The notes beneath the pieces are model-generated. The model was not told the DNA's origin. It saw only the letters and a list, made by a program, of their open reading frames with translations, and ran no database searches. DNA of 64,000 nucleotides from Mytilus trossulus. Taxonomy: Eukaryota. The stretch covers positions 52,266,001 through 52,330,000 of the forward strand of contig NC_086375.1 in NCBI RefSeq assembly GCF_036588685.1, in the 5' to 3' direction. The position numbers were made by a program, and so were the translations under genes. Positions 1 through 13,995 of this stretch are shown piece after piece; within the stretch, counting starts at the first letter, position 1, and the number at the start of each line of letters is the position of its first letter.

Positions 1-1
1 A

Positions 2-3000
2 CAATGTAACCTCAAACAAGCAGAGCAGTGTGCTGTTAGCCTACAGTCTCAGTTCGATGAAGCATACATGGAATATGAGAGACAAGATGTACACAAAAAT
101 ACCAAGAAATTCACAGATTTATGCAAGTAAGATTCAGCGGCTTTTTTTTACAAAAAAATATACGAGTAAAACTTCATTCGTAAGATTTTTTTTAAAGTCT
201 TTTGTCTTTTAAACATTTTAATTCATTCTGTAATCCAATCAAATTACAAATAAATGATTATGAATAGTCATGTTGTCTTTACATATACTTATTCTGCTTA
301 TGAGTGAGCATATGTGTAGGATATGTCTCTATCTAATTTACACCATTATTTGTGATAAATGCAAAATGATAGTTTTCAATAATTATCTTTGATTTAATCG
401 TATTTAGTTCTACAGAATAAGGAGACTACCATATAATTTTGAGGGAGTGGAAGAGAATTTCGATTAAAACAAATTCATATTTTAAATTCAAAGGGTCAAA
501 TAAGTCAAAACATTCAAACGATGTCGTAGAGTGCTTATTAAATTCAAACATGTATCATCTGGAAACTAAAGGTGTGACGTACAATAATTCTAAATCACAA
601 TCTAGTAATTTAGGTCCTGCACAAAAACACCAGTACCAATCTTATGGTATTCACATTTACTGTATCAGTAGGATAAACTGAAGAGACATGTATTTTCGAA
701 ATGCGCATCTGGTGCAAGAAAATTGGTACCGTTAATTTTATTATTATACAAAGAAAGGCATATGAATAATTACATATGTACTAAGAAAAGTCTCACGTAT
801 AATTGCCTTTCAGTAATATTTACATCCATATATTTGATTAAAGGTATTTCTTTTGTGTGAAACGTTCTAGTTTTATTTTTCACTTTAAACCAGGTCCGTT
901 ATTGTTGGTAATAATATCACTAAATGGTATGACGAGAAAATCAAAATGTGTGATGAAACAGCAGCTAAGTATGTCAAGACGCAGTGGACTGACACTATGA
1001 AGGATATTCAAGTGTTCTGCAATGACTCGGGTGAGAAATAAATGCAGATTAAAAAACAAAAAAATACATATTGTAGATGTTCCTTGATTCATTAAGCGCA
1101 AATTTTATACAAATCGCTGTTTACATCTTTCATCTCGTTAACATAACACTATAACAGTGTAAAGCCTAAACATTTTCAATATAAAAAGTTCTACGTTCGA
1201 CAATACTAAATGCATATTGGTGTTTTAAAAATATAAAAACTACTAACATTAATCAAGAATTAAAATACGCCTTCGTTATTATATCGATGTTCAAAACTCA
1301 TAAAACCATGGACAAAAAACAAAATCGGGGTAACAAACTAAAACTGAGGGAAAACGCAACACAACATTAAATTGTAACAAACACAGAAATGGATTAAGCA
1401 TTAGACAAAATCCTATGAGAATAACAAATATAACAGCATTTTTTCAATCTTCACAAAGCGGAAATCACTTGTGTTGTATTGCTAAGACTTGTTTTGTACC
1501 ATTAGATATTTTGCTGTAATTTGCTGCTAAAATGAATGCTAAATCTGAACATTTTTTGTTTTAAAATGGAGAATTACACATTTTCAAATAGGTCCATAAA
1601 TAAGGTATACTTATATGTGTACGTGTATGTTTTGCGGTTATCAAATCTTATTTCTGTGGTTTCTGCAATTTTATTGAAGAAAGTCTAATCGTTTTGGCTT
1701 ATAACTTTTTATTGGCTATTCAATTGTGTTTTCAATAGAAATATTAAACACAATTTCAAATGTGTAGATTTTTTTTTTACTTTAAACTTTAATTTTACAA
1801 CCAACTTTGTACTAAATAATATTTTCTTTTACTTTTCTTTGTATTTTTAAATTTGCTTTCTAGTATGTACACATTTCCAAGACTTACAGAATTGCAAATT
1901 AAAAATATATGAAAGTGGAATACAAAACGGACAAGTAAAGAAATTTTGTAGGTAAGTAAAAGAAGTAGACTGTCAATATTGGCTTAAAAGTTTTTTGTAA
2001 ATTTTGCTGATGTTTTTTGAAAAGTTTTTGCAAGACAAATGTGAAAATATGAGTATGTTTCCCATGAAAAAAACCCACGTTATTTTGTATCTGTTCCGAT
2101 TAATTTTGGATGAAATCTGTTGAAAGATTATAATAAAGTTCTATTTGGAGGGAATCATAGCTTTGTCCGGGTTATTTCTTTACTTGTAAAAAAACGAATT
2201 CATTGTAATATTTTAAGGTAACTCTGGTATTTATTTTTACTTTCAGAACATTTAATGAAAGTGTGGTTTGCGCAAATGAGATATTAAGGGATTCTTGCTT
2301 ATTCGATATCACATTTTACTATTCTATGCTATCCAGAACATCTAAATCCTACTATAACAGGGCTTGTTTATCAGGTAAATTAATGGTTTAAGGTTAAAGT
2401 CAACCCGGCAATTAATTTTATAAATGAATAGTTTTAATACCAATTTCAGCGATGATATCACTATTCGTCTAATTACATATTTTTTAAGAAACTAAATCAC
2501 TGGATCTGCACAAAATAAATAAAAAGTAAAAATAATTAAACTACAGAACTCCGAGGAAAGTTATTTAAAACGGACAGTCTCATATTAAATGGCAAACACA
2601 AAGCTTAAACACATTAAACGAAATGAAAACAACTGTCATATACCTAACTTGATATTGGCATTTCCTTGTGAAGAAAATGGTGGAGAAACCCTAGTTTTAT
2701 AGCTAGCTTAACCTCTCACTTGTATGACAGTCGTATAAAAATGTGTACATACTTAGTATGCCTCGACGACGAAAAATAACCGAAAAATCATTATCTTTCT
2801 CCGTATATCATTTGGTATGCAGAGAACATCACGTTTTTCGCCCATTTGCCCTTAAAGAAGATATACAATTCTACACATACTAAAATTGATATAAGTAGGA
2901 TTTTGCCGTTCTGTCTAGGACAGTTTTTGGTATAAACATGCTCTCAAACGCTTAATTTTTCAAAAGTCTTTGGTCATTAAGATGGTTCTATAAATATTTG

Positions 3001-6000
3001 TCGTACACAAAATTGGTATCAGTTTTTCTGTGGTAGTATTGTGGCGTCAATGCAAGAAACGGTATAAACCCAACAGAGGTTTACCTGCAAATTCTGTTAC
3101 ATAAAGATACATTAGACAGATGTTCAGTAAGTAAGTAAAACTTAATTTGGATTCGGCATATTGACAAACAGTACAAACATAAGCTCTAATGAGCCTTTTA
3201 CCGAATATAAAAACATATGCAGTAACAAATAAAACAAAGGCATGCAGCATGCAAAAAAAAAGCAGCACAAAAAAATAACTCTTAACAAAATCATATACAT
3301 GTATCTTGCGAAATACCAAAACATATATATGAAGCACTAAAGTTTTAAAAATTTGCAGTTTAAAAATCATTTTTTTAATAATTTATGATTGATAAAGTAA
3401 AAATTTCAAATCTTTTAAAATTAAAAAATCAAATACAAAAATTTCAGTTGCAATACAAGCTGTTAATGCAGCATAAAAAGCACAAATAGTGAAACACAAA
3501 TTATCTACAGGCAGACAAAAAACACTCTGTTCCACTCCAGAACTGAACAAAACTTTTAAAATGTAAGAAGCTGTAAACAGTCCTGAAATGGTCTGGTATG
3601 ATATTCCATAACGAAGCAGCATCAAAACTAAAAGATTTTTTTTCCATATGAGGTAGTTCTTACCTGCGGTATATCCAAAATATTACTGTATCTAAAAGAG
3701 TATTTGGTTTGTTTAATTTGAAGTAAATTTTGTAAACATACAGGAGCCAAATTATATAAAATTTTGTAAGTTTTTTAGAATTTATCTATGTACAAAAATG
3801 CCAAGACAAAGGGCAAAAATTCAAATTACTCAAAATAAATGTATAAAATTATAAGTTTGTTTAATCTGTTTAAAAATTATCCAATTTTCAGTATGTCTGA
3901 AAGCAAACTATAGGCAGTTGTGTAATTCATATTGTCACTTATCTTGCATTTTTAGTAATGATGCAGAGCCTTAGATGAAACCTTTTATGAAATATTTAAA
4001 TGCCATGCTAATTTTTTTTTTGTTTTCGCAAATAATGTACTACATGTGTATCTCATGTTATTACTGTTCCTAAAGGCTGTACAACTGTAGATGAAATCGT
4101 TCAAGCTAAATATGATTATATATGGCATGCTATATGTTTTCTTATAGGATGTACAACCTTAGATGAAACCATTAAAGCTATTAACAGTTGTTGGGATATT
4201 CATTATAATGATTCACTTAGCAATTGTCAGTAAGTATTAGTCATAAAAATTATTATTTTTAGATATCGACATTTCAATTTCAAGACATAAATGCACATAA
4301 TGCTTGTGTAAAGATAGTAATTTTCTTAGTTACTGCGGAATTCTATGGTCCCTCAAAAGATAGATTAGAATGATACATGTGTAGCATATATAAAGATGTA
4401 TTATACCAACACGTTAAAGTGACTTCACACTAAAAGAAATTAGCAATTCAACTTGTCAAGATGTTCCACTTCTTACGTTGGATTGATTATTTTATGGTAA
4501 AATATCAAGTTATATTCAAAACATATTAAAAAAAGTATCACAAGCTCAAACTTAAGTACACGATAAAATAACTACTAGTATATAGGGAATTGAGCAGTCA
4601 GTAAAGAACGACCACAATGACTACAGGAAAAAAAAGATTGCAATACCTAAAAAATACTCAAATTCTTAAAGGCGAAACCTTCTGATAACGATATGACAAC
4701 ATCGAAAACATGTTTAATCTAAAGATATAATTTATGTTTAAAATGTGTTATCAAATGAAAACTTTAGTTTGCTAAGTCGAAACATATATATTACATCTAG
4801 CTTTTACCTACTTTAGAATATTTTAAATTTCAGAAAGCATAATAATTTCAAGACTTGTTTATACGAAAAGGCAAAGATATGTGAAGAAGTTAACAAACTA
4901 CTTCCAAGAACAATACAATATGCTGAGCGCGAAGTGATGTGCACAACTACTACATCCACAACGACAACACATATTCCTTTAACGACAACAAAGATTCCAC
5001 TTACGACAACACAGATTCCGCTGACGACAACACAAATTCCTTTTACGACAGCACAAACTCCACTTACGGCAATGAGTACGACATCTGAAATACCAGCCAC
5101 AACAATAGCTATAACAACTGCTGAAGAACAATTAAAGTTGACAACCGACTCTCTTATTTTCACTTCTAACATGAAAAGCAGTAAAACGTTTACCACAAAA
5201 CGTGTTACGCAGGAAACCAATATTCCAGCCTTGACCAGTGGTAAGCAATCGTTTACATCTGTGCCAAATACAACTCCTACAAAATACACAAATAAATAAA
5301 AATATAAAGTAAAAGAGGGAACGAAAATGTTTAAAACGACGTCCAAACTAATCAATTCACATAATACAACAACAGAAATTCTATTGAATAATAATTGTAA
5401 GATTATTTAACACAATAGCCTCTATCTACATGGATACATTAGAAAATTTAAAAATATTTATGATCATGTTTGAAAAGGGCAAACAATGTTTTATTGTAAG
5501 AGACCCACAAAAATGGCAATATTCAACCAATTCCGTCTTCAATTAGAGTAAACTTATGTTAGTAATTTACATTAAAAAAATCTCTAAAAAAAACAATAAC
5601 ATGCACCTATTGTTTTCCAAAGTCAAAATTGTTTTTGTGATATATATATATATATATATATTATGGTCAAATATCATAAGTTTATTCTCTTGTGGTTAGT
5701 ATAAAAACCAAATCTATAACTATAAATACAATGTTATATATTTAAAATCTGAAATTAGGCGATAATACGGAAATCAAGTAGTTAATGTAACAAATAATTT
5801 AAACAAGTAAGAAAACAAAGAACTAGGTAAAAATACCAAATAAAATTGAAAATGGAAATGCCTTGATGTACAGTTATAAACCCTTACAATCATTTTGACA
5901 CATACGAATATAGATAAAAGTCGACGATAAATAAATTGTTTTCAATCCAATTGAAATATACTTTCTGTGACAAACGTCCATGTCATCTAACACAAAAGTT

Positions 6001-8526
6001 TTGAATAACTCTGATAAAGTGTTTTTGTTAATTGTGTCAGAGATTCAATAGTTGCAGAAATGTATCGTCAATTAAATGCCATGGCACAAAAAAACTTTCT
6101 TCAAAGCTTTGACGTGTCGAATATAATGTTCAGCATTCAAATTAGTTAAGCCTCTTGTTTCAAGTTCATTCTATGACCTAATTATAGAGCCCATATCATG
6201 AAATAAGTAGATTTGACTTACGAAATTTTTTAGGGTATTTTAGAACGTATGCTTTCAAGTGATAAAGTAAACAGATATATTGTTTGCATCAATAAATATT
6301 TTTCTGGTCGTTAATCAAACTTAGATTTGTAAACCTTTTTGATAATAGATGATGAAATACGCCATATCATTGGAAATTGTTTAGCACATGTGAAAGACCA
6401 GTCATCACTTAAGGCCTTGCATATCAACTTTGAAACTTGCATGTAAGTATAAGTATGGCATTTTAGCAACATGAGATATTCTAATATAGTCAATATCGGG
6501 ACTGACAATTCTTTATAATTAGTTATCAAAGGTGTTATAACATATTCGATTAAGCAACAATTATTTTGTCCATACAATAAGAGTGTTTTACTGATAGAGT
6601 TATTATCAAGTGACACACACTTAATCTCGGCTGTAGATTTTTATTTCTGACTACACTTCAAATAATATTGATCATATCTTGATATTGCCGCTACAACGCT
6701 TCCTGATGACTGTATCAAACAAGGAAATATGTCGTGTAATGTTGGTTTTAAGAAACGTCTCTAAAAGAGGGACGGAAGATGTTCGTCACAATTTGAGACC
6801 ATTTCTAAACTCACTATACCGACATGTTTCGCATGTTTAGATCTTTGCAACCTGGAGGAATAGTCTAATCTGTAATGTTACCGTGTATGTCTTGATCCCG
6901 ATTGTGACTCAATTATATGCCCTTAGAAAATGACAAAATCAAAAGCTCAAACACATAAACCGAGTAGGAAATAAAATTGGTTGATTAAACCTGGTTTAAT
7001 ATCCAGCTAGGTCTCCCACATAAATAACTCGGAATTGTTGAAGGGCTCTGCAAACCTCACTCTACACATAAATAACTCGGAATTGTTGAAGGGCTCTGCA
7101 AACCTCACTCTATTCCTATCCCAGTTGTTAAGTCTCATACACATTAGCTGGAAATTTTCTGACATTTTTTGGTTTCAGAAATGTGTAAAGTAAATAGTAT
7201 TCTCCTGATTAATGTCCGACTTATTACACAAGAATTGAAGAGTGAACTGCATGTTTAATTGAATTGCTGATCTATGGATTTGACAAACGTTCTCGTCATA
7301 TCGACAAACACAAATGCTTTGTTAAGTTAATACACTCAAAGGGTTGATTATGAATTATTATATGACGCGCTTCATTCGCTTTGTAAATAAACCCATGCTC
7401 TGAATCCACATGTTTGCACATGTGTATAATCACTACTGTAGAATAATGAATTTTATCAAATTGGCATGCATTTAATTTATTATATTATGATATACACTGG
7501 ACATTTCGCGCCTCGCAGTAAAACCTAGCAGCTGAATGGAATATGTAAAAATGTTAAAGAATCTCTACAACTCCCTTAGATTTCCGTGAACTATTTGTTG
7601 TAGGCAAAACGTTTGTCTTTATCCACACCTCCTTCAGTGTGATGTTAATTTGTTACAGATTTGAAAAAAAAATGGTACAACAGTTCTAAATTTCACTGAT
7701 TATCATATTAAATCATTGTATTCATTTTTTAATACGTCTTTTGAAATATTATATAGTTATAAGGCAACAAATTCTAACTCACTCTTGCTTTTTTCATTAC
7801 AGGTCTGTTTTTAAAGTATACTCTTGCTTACATTCAAATATAAGCATGGGGAAAGATATTCTTATCTTAAACGAGTTACTACCGCAAAGTATCTTTAACT
7901 TCACAGAAGATGTGTTCGACAAGTGCCACCAGCTGATTAACAATTACCATTCGTATATTCAACGAGTAGAATCATCATGTGGAAGACCCAAACCAAAAAC
8001 CATTGGATGTACCGGTCATAATTATGGCTTGATGGACTGTGATTCTAGTATGTATTTACTTAGTAATGGTCAAAGATGAATGTTAAAATTAAAAATCAAT
8101 AATTGTTAAGGTAGTTACAATGTAACATAACTTGTTGTTCACAATTGTGAATTGTGTGTTAAATTTATCGCAGCTAAACAGGTGTGGCTATTGTTATTGG
8201 AAAAAATCTGCTAACTCAGTTTTACCAATAACTTTTATAGATATCTTCTAAATTTAAAGTTTTTTTTCTTCAGACGGTTCCTTTATCGTATTGTAGTTAT
8301 TAAGTGGAAATGTTCCGAACAAAAACATCATTTACTTAGTTGTTCAGACCATTATACTTGCTGATCGTCATTCTGAAACCGATGCTAAAATATCGCTCTA
8401 AAAGAATTTATTGATTCGTCACAGGTACATATATATGTCTTTTTATTTTCAGGTGTAGGTGGAATGCGCGTCACTGGTTTTGTACATATAGTAAATATAT
8501 TAACGTTATTATATAATTTGATGTAA
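2..8526 (+). CDS. 5'-partial multi-exon gene: Cys-rich repeat surface/secreted protein with Thr-rich mucin-like stalk and C-terminal hydrophobic (GPI-signal-like) tail; ~459 aa in window
   Basis: Exons with GT-AG boundaries and compatible phases: 2-126 (QCNLKQAEQCAVSLQ...TDLC), 894-1030, 1864-1951, 2247-2374, 4148-4229, 4834-5240 (includes TTTxIPL repeats), 6349-6442, 7803-8047, 8453-8526 (SVGGMRVTGFVHIVNILTLLYNLM*). They sum to 1380 nt, an open frame ending in TAA. Intron phases alternate 2/1 and every phase-2 intron follows a Cys codon. Confidence 0.82.
678..742 (+). mobile_element. 5'-truncated retrozyme B fragment (hammerhead lacking the stem I 5' arm)
   Basis: ctgaagagacatgtattttcgaaatgcgcatctggtgcaagaaaattggtaccgttaatttt matches family B. 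Confidence 0.7.
5640..5661. repeat. (AT)n microsatellite
   Basis: atatatatatatatatatatat. Confidence 0.9.
7017..7112. repeat. Perfect 48-bp tandem duplication (intronic)
   Basis: cacataaataactcggaattgttgaagggctctgcaaacctcactcta x2. Confidence 0.95.
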
Positions 8527-9734
8527 TTCAATACAAACAATATTTTACATGTTCAAACAATTGAATTTTCAAATATGATATTTTTTGGACTCATTGTTAA
8601 CATTATTATATTGAAAGATTATTTGCTTCCACACTGCACGATCAATTTGCATGTGCATAAACTATATATTTCGATAGAAATCAAATGAAGATCGAGATAG
8701 TAAAATTCTCTCCCGCCATACTTTTCTAAATTTATAAAGCATTTTTCTTGTTAAGTATAAATAAGACAAGTGCATAAAAGAGGGACGAATGATACCAGAG
8801 GTACAGTCAATAATATAGCATAAGGACACGCAGAAATTGCATGTAACAAACGAGTAGATACAGTTTTTACCGACTGCCAAGACTGTTGAATGCTTTAATC
8901 CATATGGAAAAAAAAATCTCAAATATATGCAGTGTTTCATAATAATATGAGTACGAACTTTTTATAATTTGATAATACATGGCAAACCAACATTCAAACT
9001 GAATTTTTTTTGAAAAAGTAGCCAAACTTTCAAACTGTTTTGGTTGAGACATACATATATAAAAAAAAAAAGGAATTGAAATGAAATGAAATGATATAGA
9101 AATACAGGCACCAACATTAATATTTCTGTACACATTCTAACAACATTCCATGACGCAGCGAAATACATTTAAAAAAAATTTAATTGATACAGAACTTTAT
9201 CTAAATTTATCATACTACCAGCAACAAGCTAAATATATATAAAATAATACTACTATAAGTTAACACAGGAAAAATGTTACAACGAAAAATAATACAATAC
9301 ATTTCTTATGTATATATAGATAATCATTATAATTTAAAAACAACATTCAGTATCAGCTCATTTTTGCGAATTTTACGAAAATGTGACCACTGGTTGTATG
9401 TTGGTAAATAACTATGCATGTCATTTAGTGCAAACGAGAGAGAGTGAGTATTTTAGCATTGTTAATTAAATCATGCACATAACTGAGTACATTATTAGTG
9501 TACATTATATAATCTGCACACGTATGAGTGCTAGCATAAAATGAGATAATCGCCACAATTATATGTATTCTAGTTCTGTATTAGGTTTCTGATTTTGTAT
9601 ATTTTTATGTCATGGTTTATTTTGTCTTGTATGTTGCTTTTGTCTTTTCAATGTGTAAATTAATGATATGACGATTATTGTATTCTGACTTGTTTCGTTT
9701 GTTCGTGTATGTTGTGATGTTGCTATTGTTTCAG

Positions 9735-10066
9735 AAAAAGGGTGAAGGTTTGGTACCATTAAAACATTTAATTCCGCTGCAAATGTTTGCACCTGTCTTA
9801 AGTCAGGAATCTGATGTACAGTAGTTGTTGTTTGTTTATGTAATTTTTATGTGTTTCTCGTTTTTTATAGATTAGACCGTTGGGTTTCCCGTTTGAAGGG
9901 TTTTACACTTGTAATTTTAGGGTCCTCTATAGCTTTTTGTTCGGTATGAGCCAGGGCTCCACGTTGAAGGCCGCACATTGACCTATAATGGTTTACTTTT
10001 TGTAAATTGTTTTTTGGATGAAGAGTTGTCTCATTGGCACTCACACCACATCTTCCTATATCTATA
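9735..10066 (-). mobile_element. Inverted copy of the 44850-45192 repeat family
   Basis: gagttgtctcattggcactcacaccacatcttcctatatctatata is the reverse complement of the 44850 start. Confidence 0.7.
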
Positions 10067-12067
10067 TAAGATTACATTAAAGTTTTTTGTAGTCCGTTGT
10101 ATGCCTCTAAAAAAATGCTATTCATGATGGTAATGAATATGAATATAACAAGTTTAATGTAAAAATGAAGAATAGCACAAAAGCAAATGAAAATGGTCGA
10201 GTCTCTTATGGTGAAATAACTATGAATTAAGTTCAAATTACTACTCCAACCGAAACGTCAATCTCATTCGTCTATTTAAGTACAACAATTGATATTCTAA
10301 AAAAAAATCGAACCACATTACACTATTAAGAATAAGGAAGAAAAGAAATTAAGTTTATCATAGCTTTGTCGATCAACTCAAAGTTTTTTGAGAAAATAAT
10401 TGTATTGTAAATGTTGGGGAAACGGAAAATCTATATTTGTGTTGCATTAAATATAAATAAAAGTATGGAGTTATCTTCAATTTTATAAAATCAAATTATA
10501 TATTGCATTTAAAAGATCTTATCTACAAAATGAAATAAAAACTTAATGAATATTAAATTCAGTATAAGGAATCACACTCGCATCAAAGAGAGAGACCGAT
10601 ACGAGGAAAAACTAACGAGCATTGAAAGTAAAAAGATAGTCTTGCAAATTGCCTGACTAGATTACGGATAAGTATGTTAGTTCTAGAACTGTTCTGTTTG
10701 TAGTCCATTTACAATACACACCATATATACAAAAATATCAGAATAACGTTTTAGCTGATATCATGAGAAAGGGTTATGAGCAGTAATGATGTATTTACTC
10801 CACGATTTTTTTTTGTTAGATGGAGAGTATTTTAGACATGATATGATAAAGTTAAATGGGATGACTTTTATTAAACTTTTATTGTGCAGCGTTGATATTA
10901 ACACCTCTGCTGTGTATCACCATATTAAGAAAAAGTACAGTTATCTTTCTTTATGCATAATTTTTTACAAATCAACGCACTCAGTATAGAAACATTTTGG
11001 ATTGATATGTACACATTTGTGAATCAGCAGTGTTTATATTTTTTTTCATGATTATTTTGTATGTAAAGGTATTTGTCATAAGAGTCAATAAAGATATTTT
11101 GTAAAAATTATCTGTTTTGTTTTTCATATGAACAATTGTTAAAATGGTGCTAGGCAAGACTGATTTATAATATATTTTCAAAACTTGTTTCCGAATCCCA
11201 TATTTCAATTTTATGTAACATTGTAATACTTTATTATTGCAATTGTCATTAATGAATACTGTTTAAATTAAATTGGTGCTCCAAATTATTGAATCTCAGT
11301 ATGAAGTTAAAGAGAAAAAAGAAATGGAACTCCAAGAAAAAATCAAAATTGAAGGTCCTTTATCAAATGGCAAAATCAAAAGCTCAAACACAGCAAACGA
11401 AAGGAAAACAAAAGACGTAGATGGTGCGAGACAAAACAGAGACTCAGTAACTTGGAACAATTGAACAATTAGCTTTTTACTGAACCACAATAATAAATTG
11501 GGGTATTAATTTTGTACGATACTGTTTTCGTTGCTAGACAAAAATATTCTGATAAAACTTGACATTATTTTAAAATTACATTTTTTAAACCACAAAAAAA
11601 ACTATTTATGCAACATGTTTAACATAACATTAAATCCAATTGCTTATTATATGCACCCTACTAGTATTTGCCCAACAGCATGTTTTTCTTTCTGTTGAAA
11701 ATGTGATATTTTCAATTGAAAATTTGTCGCTGTTTAGAAGCAACAACACGATCTGCTGAAACTGTTATCACATCAATATGTTAAAATAAATACATTTTTC
11801 AATGGAATAATTTTTCTCAGTTTGATTTTATAGATTTGAAAAGCAGACGTCAAAAAAGAGCTTGTCCGTTCTATGGTCGTGTTGTTGTCTCTTTTACAAA
11901 TTCCCCATTTCCGTTCTCAATCTTATTGGAAATATTTCGAAAGTTAGAATCCTATATGCCCTTCAACTTCGTATTTTATTTAATGTTCTAAGCATCACTT
12001 ATGACTAATTTGTAGACGAAACACGCATCTGGAGCACACAATTGTATTTACCCTGATATTTGTATGG

Positions 12068-12440
12068 AAAAAAGTAACATCACAAAAATACAGAACTCGG
12101 AGGAAAATTCAAAACAAAGTCCATTATCACATGGCAAAATCTTAGGCTCAAACACATCAAACGAATGGATAACAACTAACATACTCCTGACTTGGTAATT
12201 GCATTTTCCTATTGTAGACAATGGTGGATTGCACCTGGTTTTATAACTAGCTTAACCTCACACTTGTATGACAGTCGTATCAAATTTCATTATATTGACA
12301 ACGATGCGATAACAAAACAAACAGATAAAACAGGTAGAAATGTTAAAGAAAAGGTACAGCAGTTAACATGTGTTATAATCTTTATCACAATAAAAAACAA
12401 ACAAATATTTTACAAAAAAAAAAGCACAAAAAAGGCATAA
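12068..12440 (+). mobile_element. Unclassified interspersed repeat (gaactccgaggaaaattcaaaac family)
   Basis: Related copies at ~2520-2735, 11325-11410, 28270-28530, 29045-29125. Confidence 0.6.
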
Positions 12441-12920
12441 ATCACATTTAAAAACCTCCTTCATAATCATTGCTTTCTTATTTATGTATGTTAAATCCAT
12501 TCATAAAGAATTGAAAGACATGGTTAGCTTAATATTAACTCTAAAGTTAAATCGCGCGTCAGACGTCAGAATGCAAACGTCACACAGGAAAAGATATAAA
12601 ATAATTTTGTCGTTCAAAGTATGAAAAGAAAAGAGTATAGTCTATAGTTTTTAAGTCATATCCTCTGTAGAATGTAAATAAAAAAACTTATCTTGTCCTT
12701 CTTGTATCTTGTCTATATGCGTATTGTTTATTTCTTCTAAATAAGAGCCACGTTATTATGTACCAAAGAAACATGCATTAGAAAGTATGAAAGACAAGAA
12801 TACACAAATTATAATAGAACAATAACACAATGGCGAATTTATTTTAGTACAGATCCACGTCATATGAATAAAATTGAAATGGGGAATGTTTTAGTTGGCC
12901 ATTTTTACATTTTTTTATTG

Positions 12921-13995
12921 GAGCGACACTGATGAGTCTTTTGTAAACGAAACGCGCGTCTGGCGTTGATATAAAATTTCAATTCTGGTATCTATGATGA
13001 GTTTTTTTAAAACCACTGGGTTGTCACTGCTGGGAGTTTTAATTCCCCGAGGGTATCGCCAGCCCGGTAGACAGCACTTCTCTGTTCACTTTAATAATCG
13101 TTGATACGTTTATGATTATTAATTAACTTTTAACAAAACTTTGAATTTTTAAAATACTAAGGCTTTTCTACCTCTGGAAAAGATAACCTTGGCTGTATTT
13201 TACCAAATTTTTATGAACTTTTGTTCTTCAATGCTCTTCAACTTCGTATCTTATTTGGCCTTTTTAACATTTCTTATTCGAGAGTCACTGATGAGTTATT
13301 TGTAGACGAAACGCGCGTCTGGCGTAAATATAAAATTTCAATCCTGGTATCTATGATGAGTCTATTTACAACCACTGTATCGATGCCACTGCTGGCGGAG
13401 TTTAAATTCCCCGATGGTATCACCAGCCCAGTAGTCAGAAATTCTGTGTTGACTTAAGTTATCATTGATTTGTTCATAATCATAAATAAACTGTTAGCAA
13501 AAATTTGAATTTCGAAAAACCAGGGCTTTTCCAGCTCAGGAATAGATAACTTTTAGTAAGTTAGCTGTATTTGACAAAACTTTTAGGAATTTTTGTTCCT
13601 CAATGCTCTTTAATTTCGTAACCTTATTTTGCCCTTTTTTATTCGAGCGACACTGATGAGTCTTTTGTAGACGAAACGCGCATCTGGCGTACATATAAAA
13701 TTTCAATCCGGGTATCTATGATGAGTTTATTTACAACCACTGGGTCGATTTCACTGCTGGTGGATTTTAAATTTCCCGATGGTATCACCAGCCCAGTAGT
13801 CAGCACTTCTGTGTTGACTTGAGTTATGATTAGTATGTTCAAAATTATAAATTAACTATTAACAAAACTTTGAATTTTTGAAATATTAAGTCTTTTCTAC
13901 CTCAGGAATAGATATCCTTAGCTATATTTTGCTAAACTTTTAGGAATTGTTGGTCCTCAATGCTCTTTAACTTCGTACTTTTTTTGCCTTTTTAA
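12921..13995 (+). mobile_element. Non-LTR retrozyme family A, three tandem ~360-bp monomers each carrying a type I hammerhead motif
   Basis: CTGATGA cores at 12929, 13288, 13653 (spacing 359 and 365 bp), each followed by stem II, GAAAC-GCGC-(G/A)TC-TGGCG. The sequence between cores is also repeated. Confidence 0.85.

Noticed and set aside
408-470. Candidate exon after tttag/tacag in intron 1 of gene 1
   Set aside because: Both acceptors hit a stop in the required phase, while exon 894 joins cleanly.
4813-5355. 180-aa Val-rich minus-strand ORF
   Set aside because: Antisense shadow of the Thr-rich exon 4834-5240.
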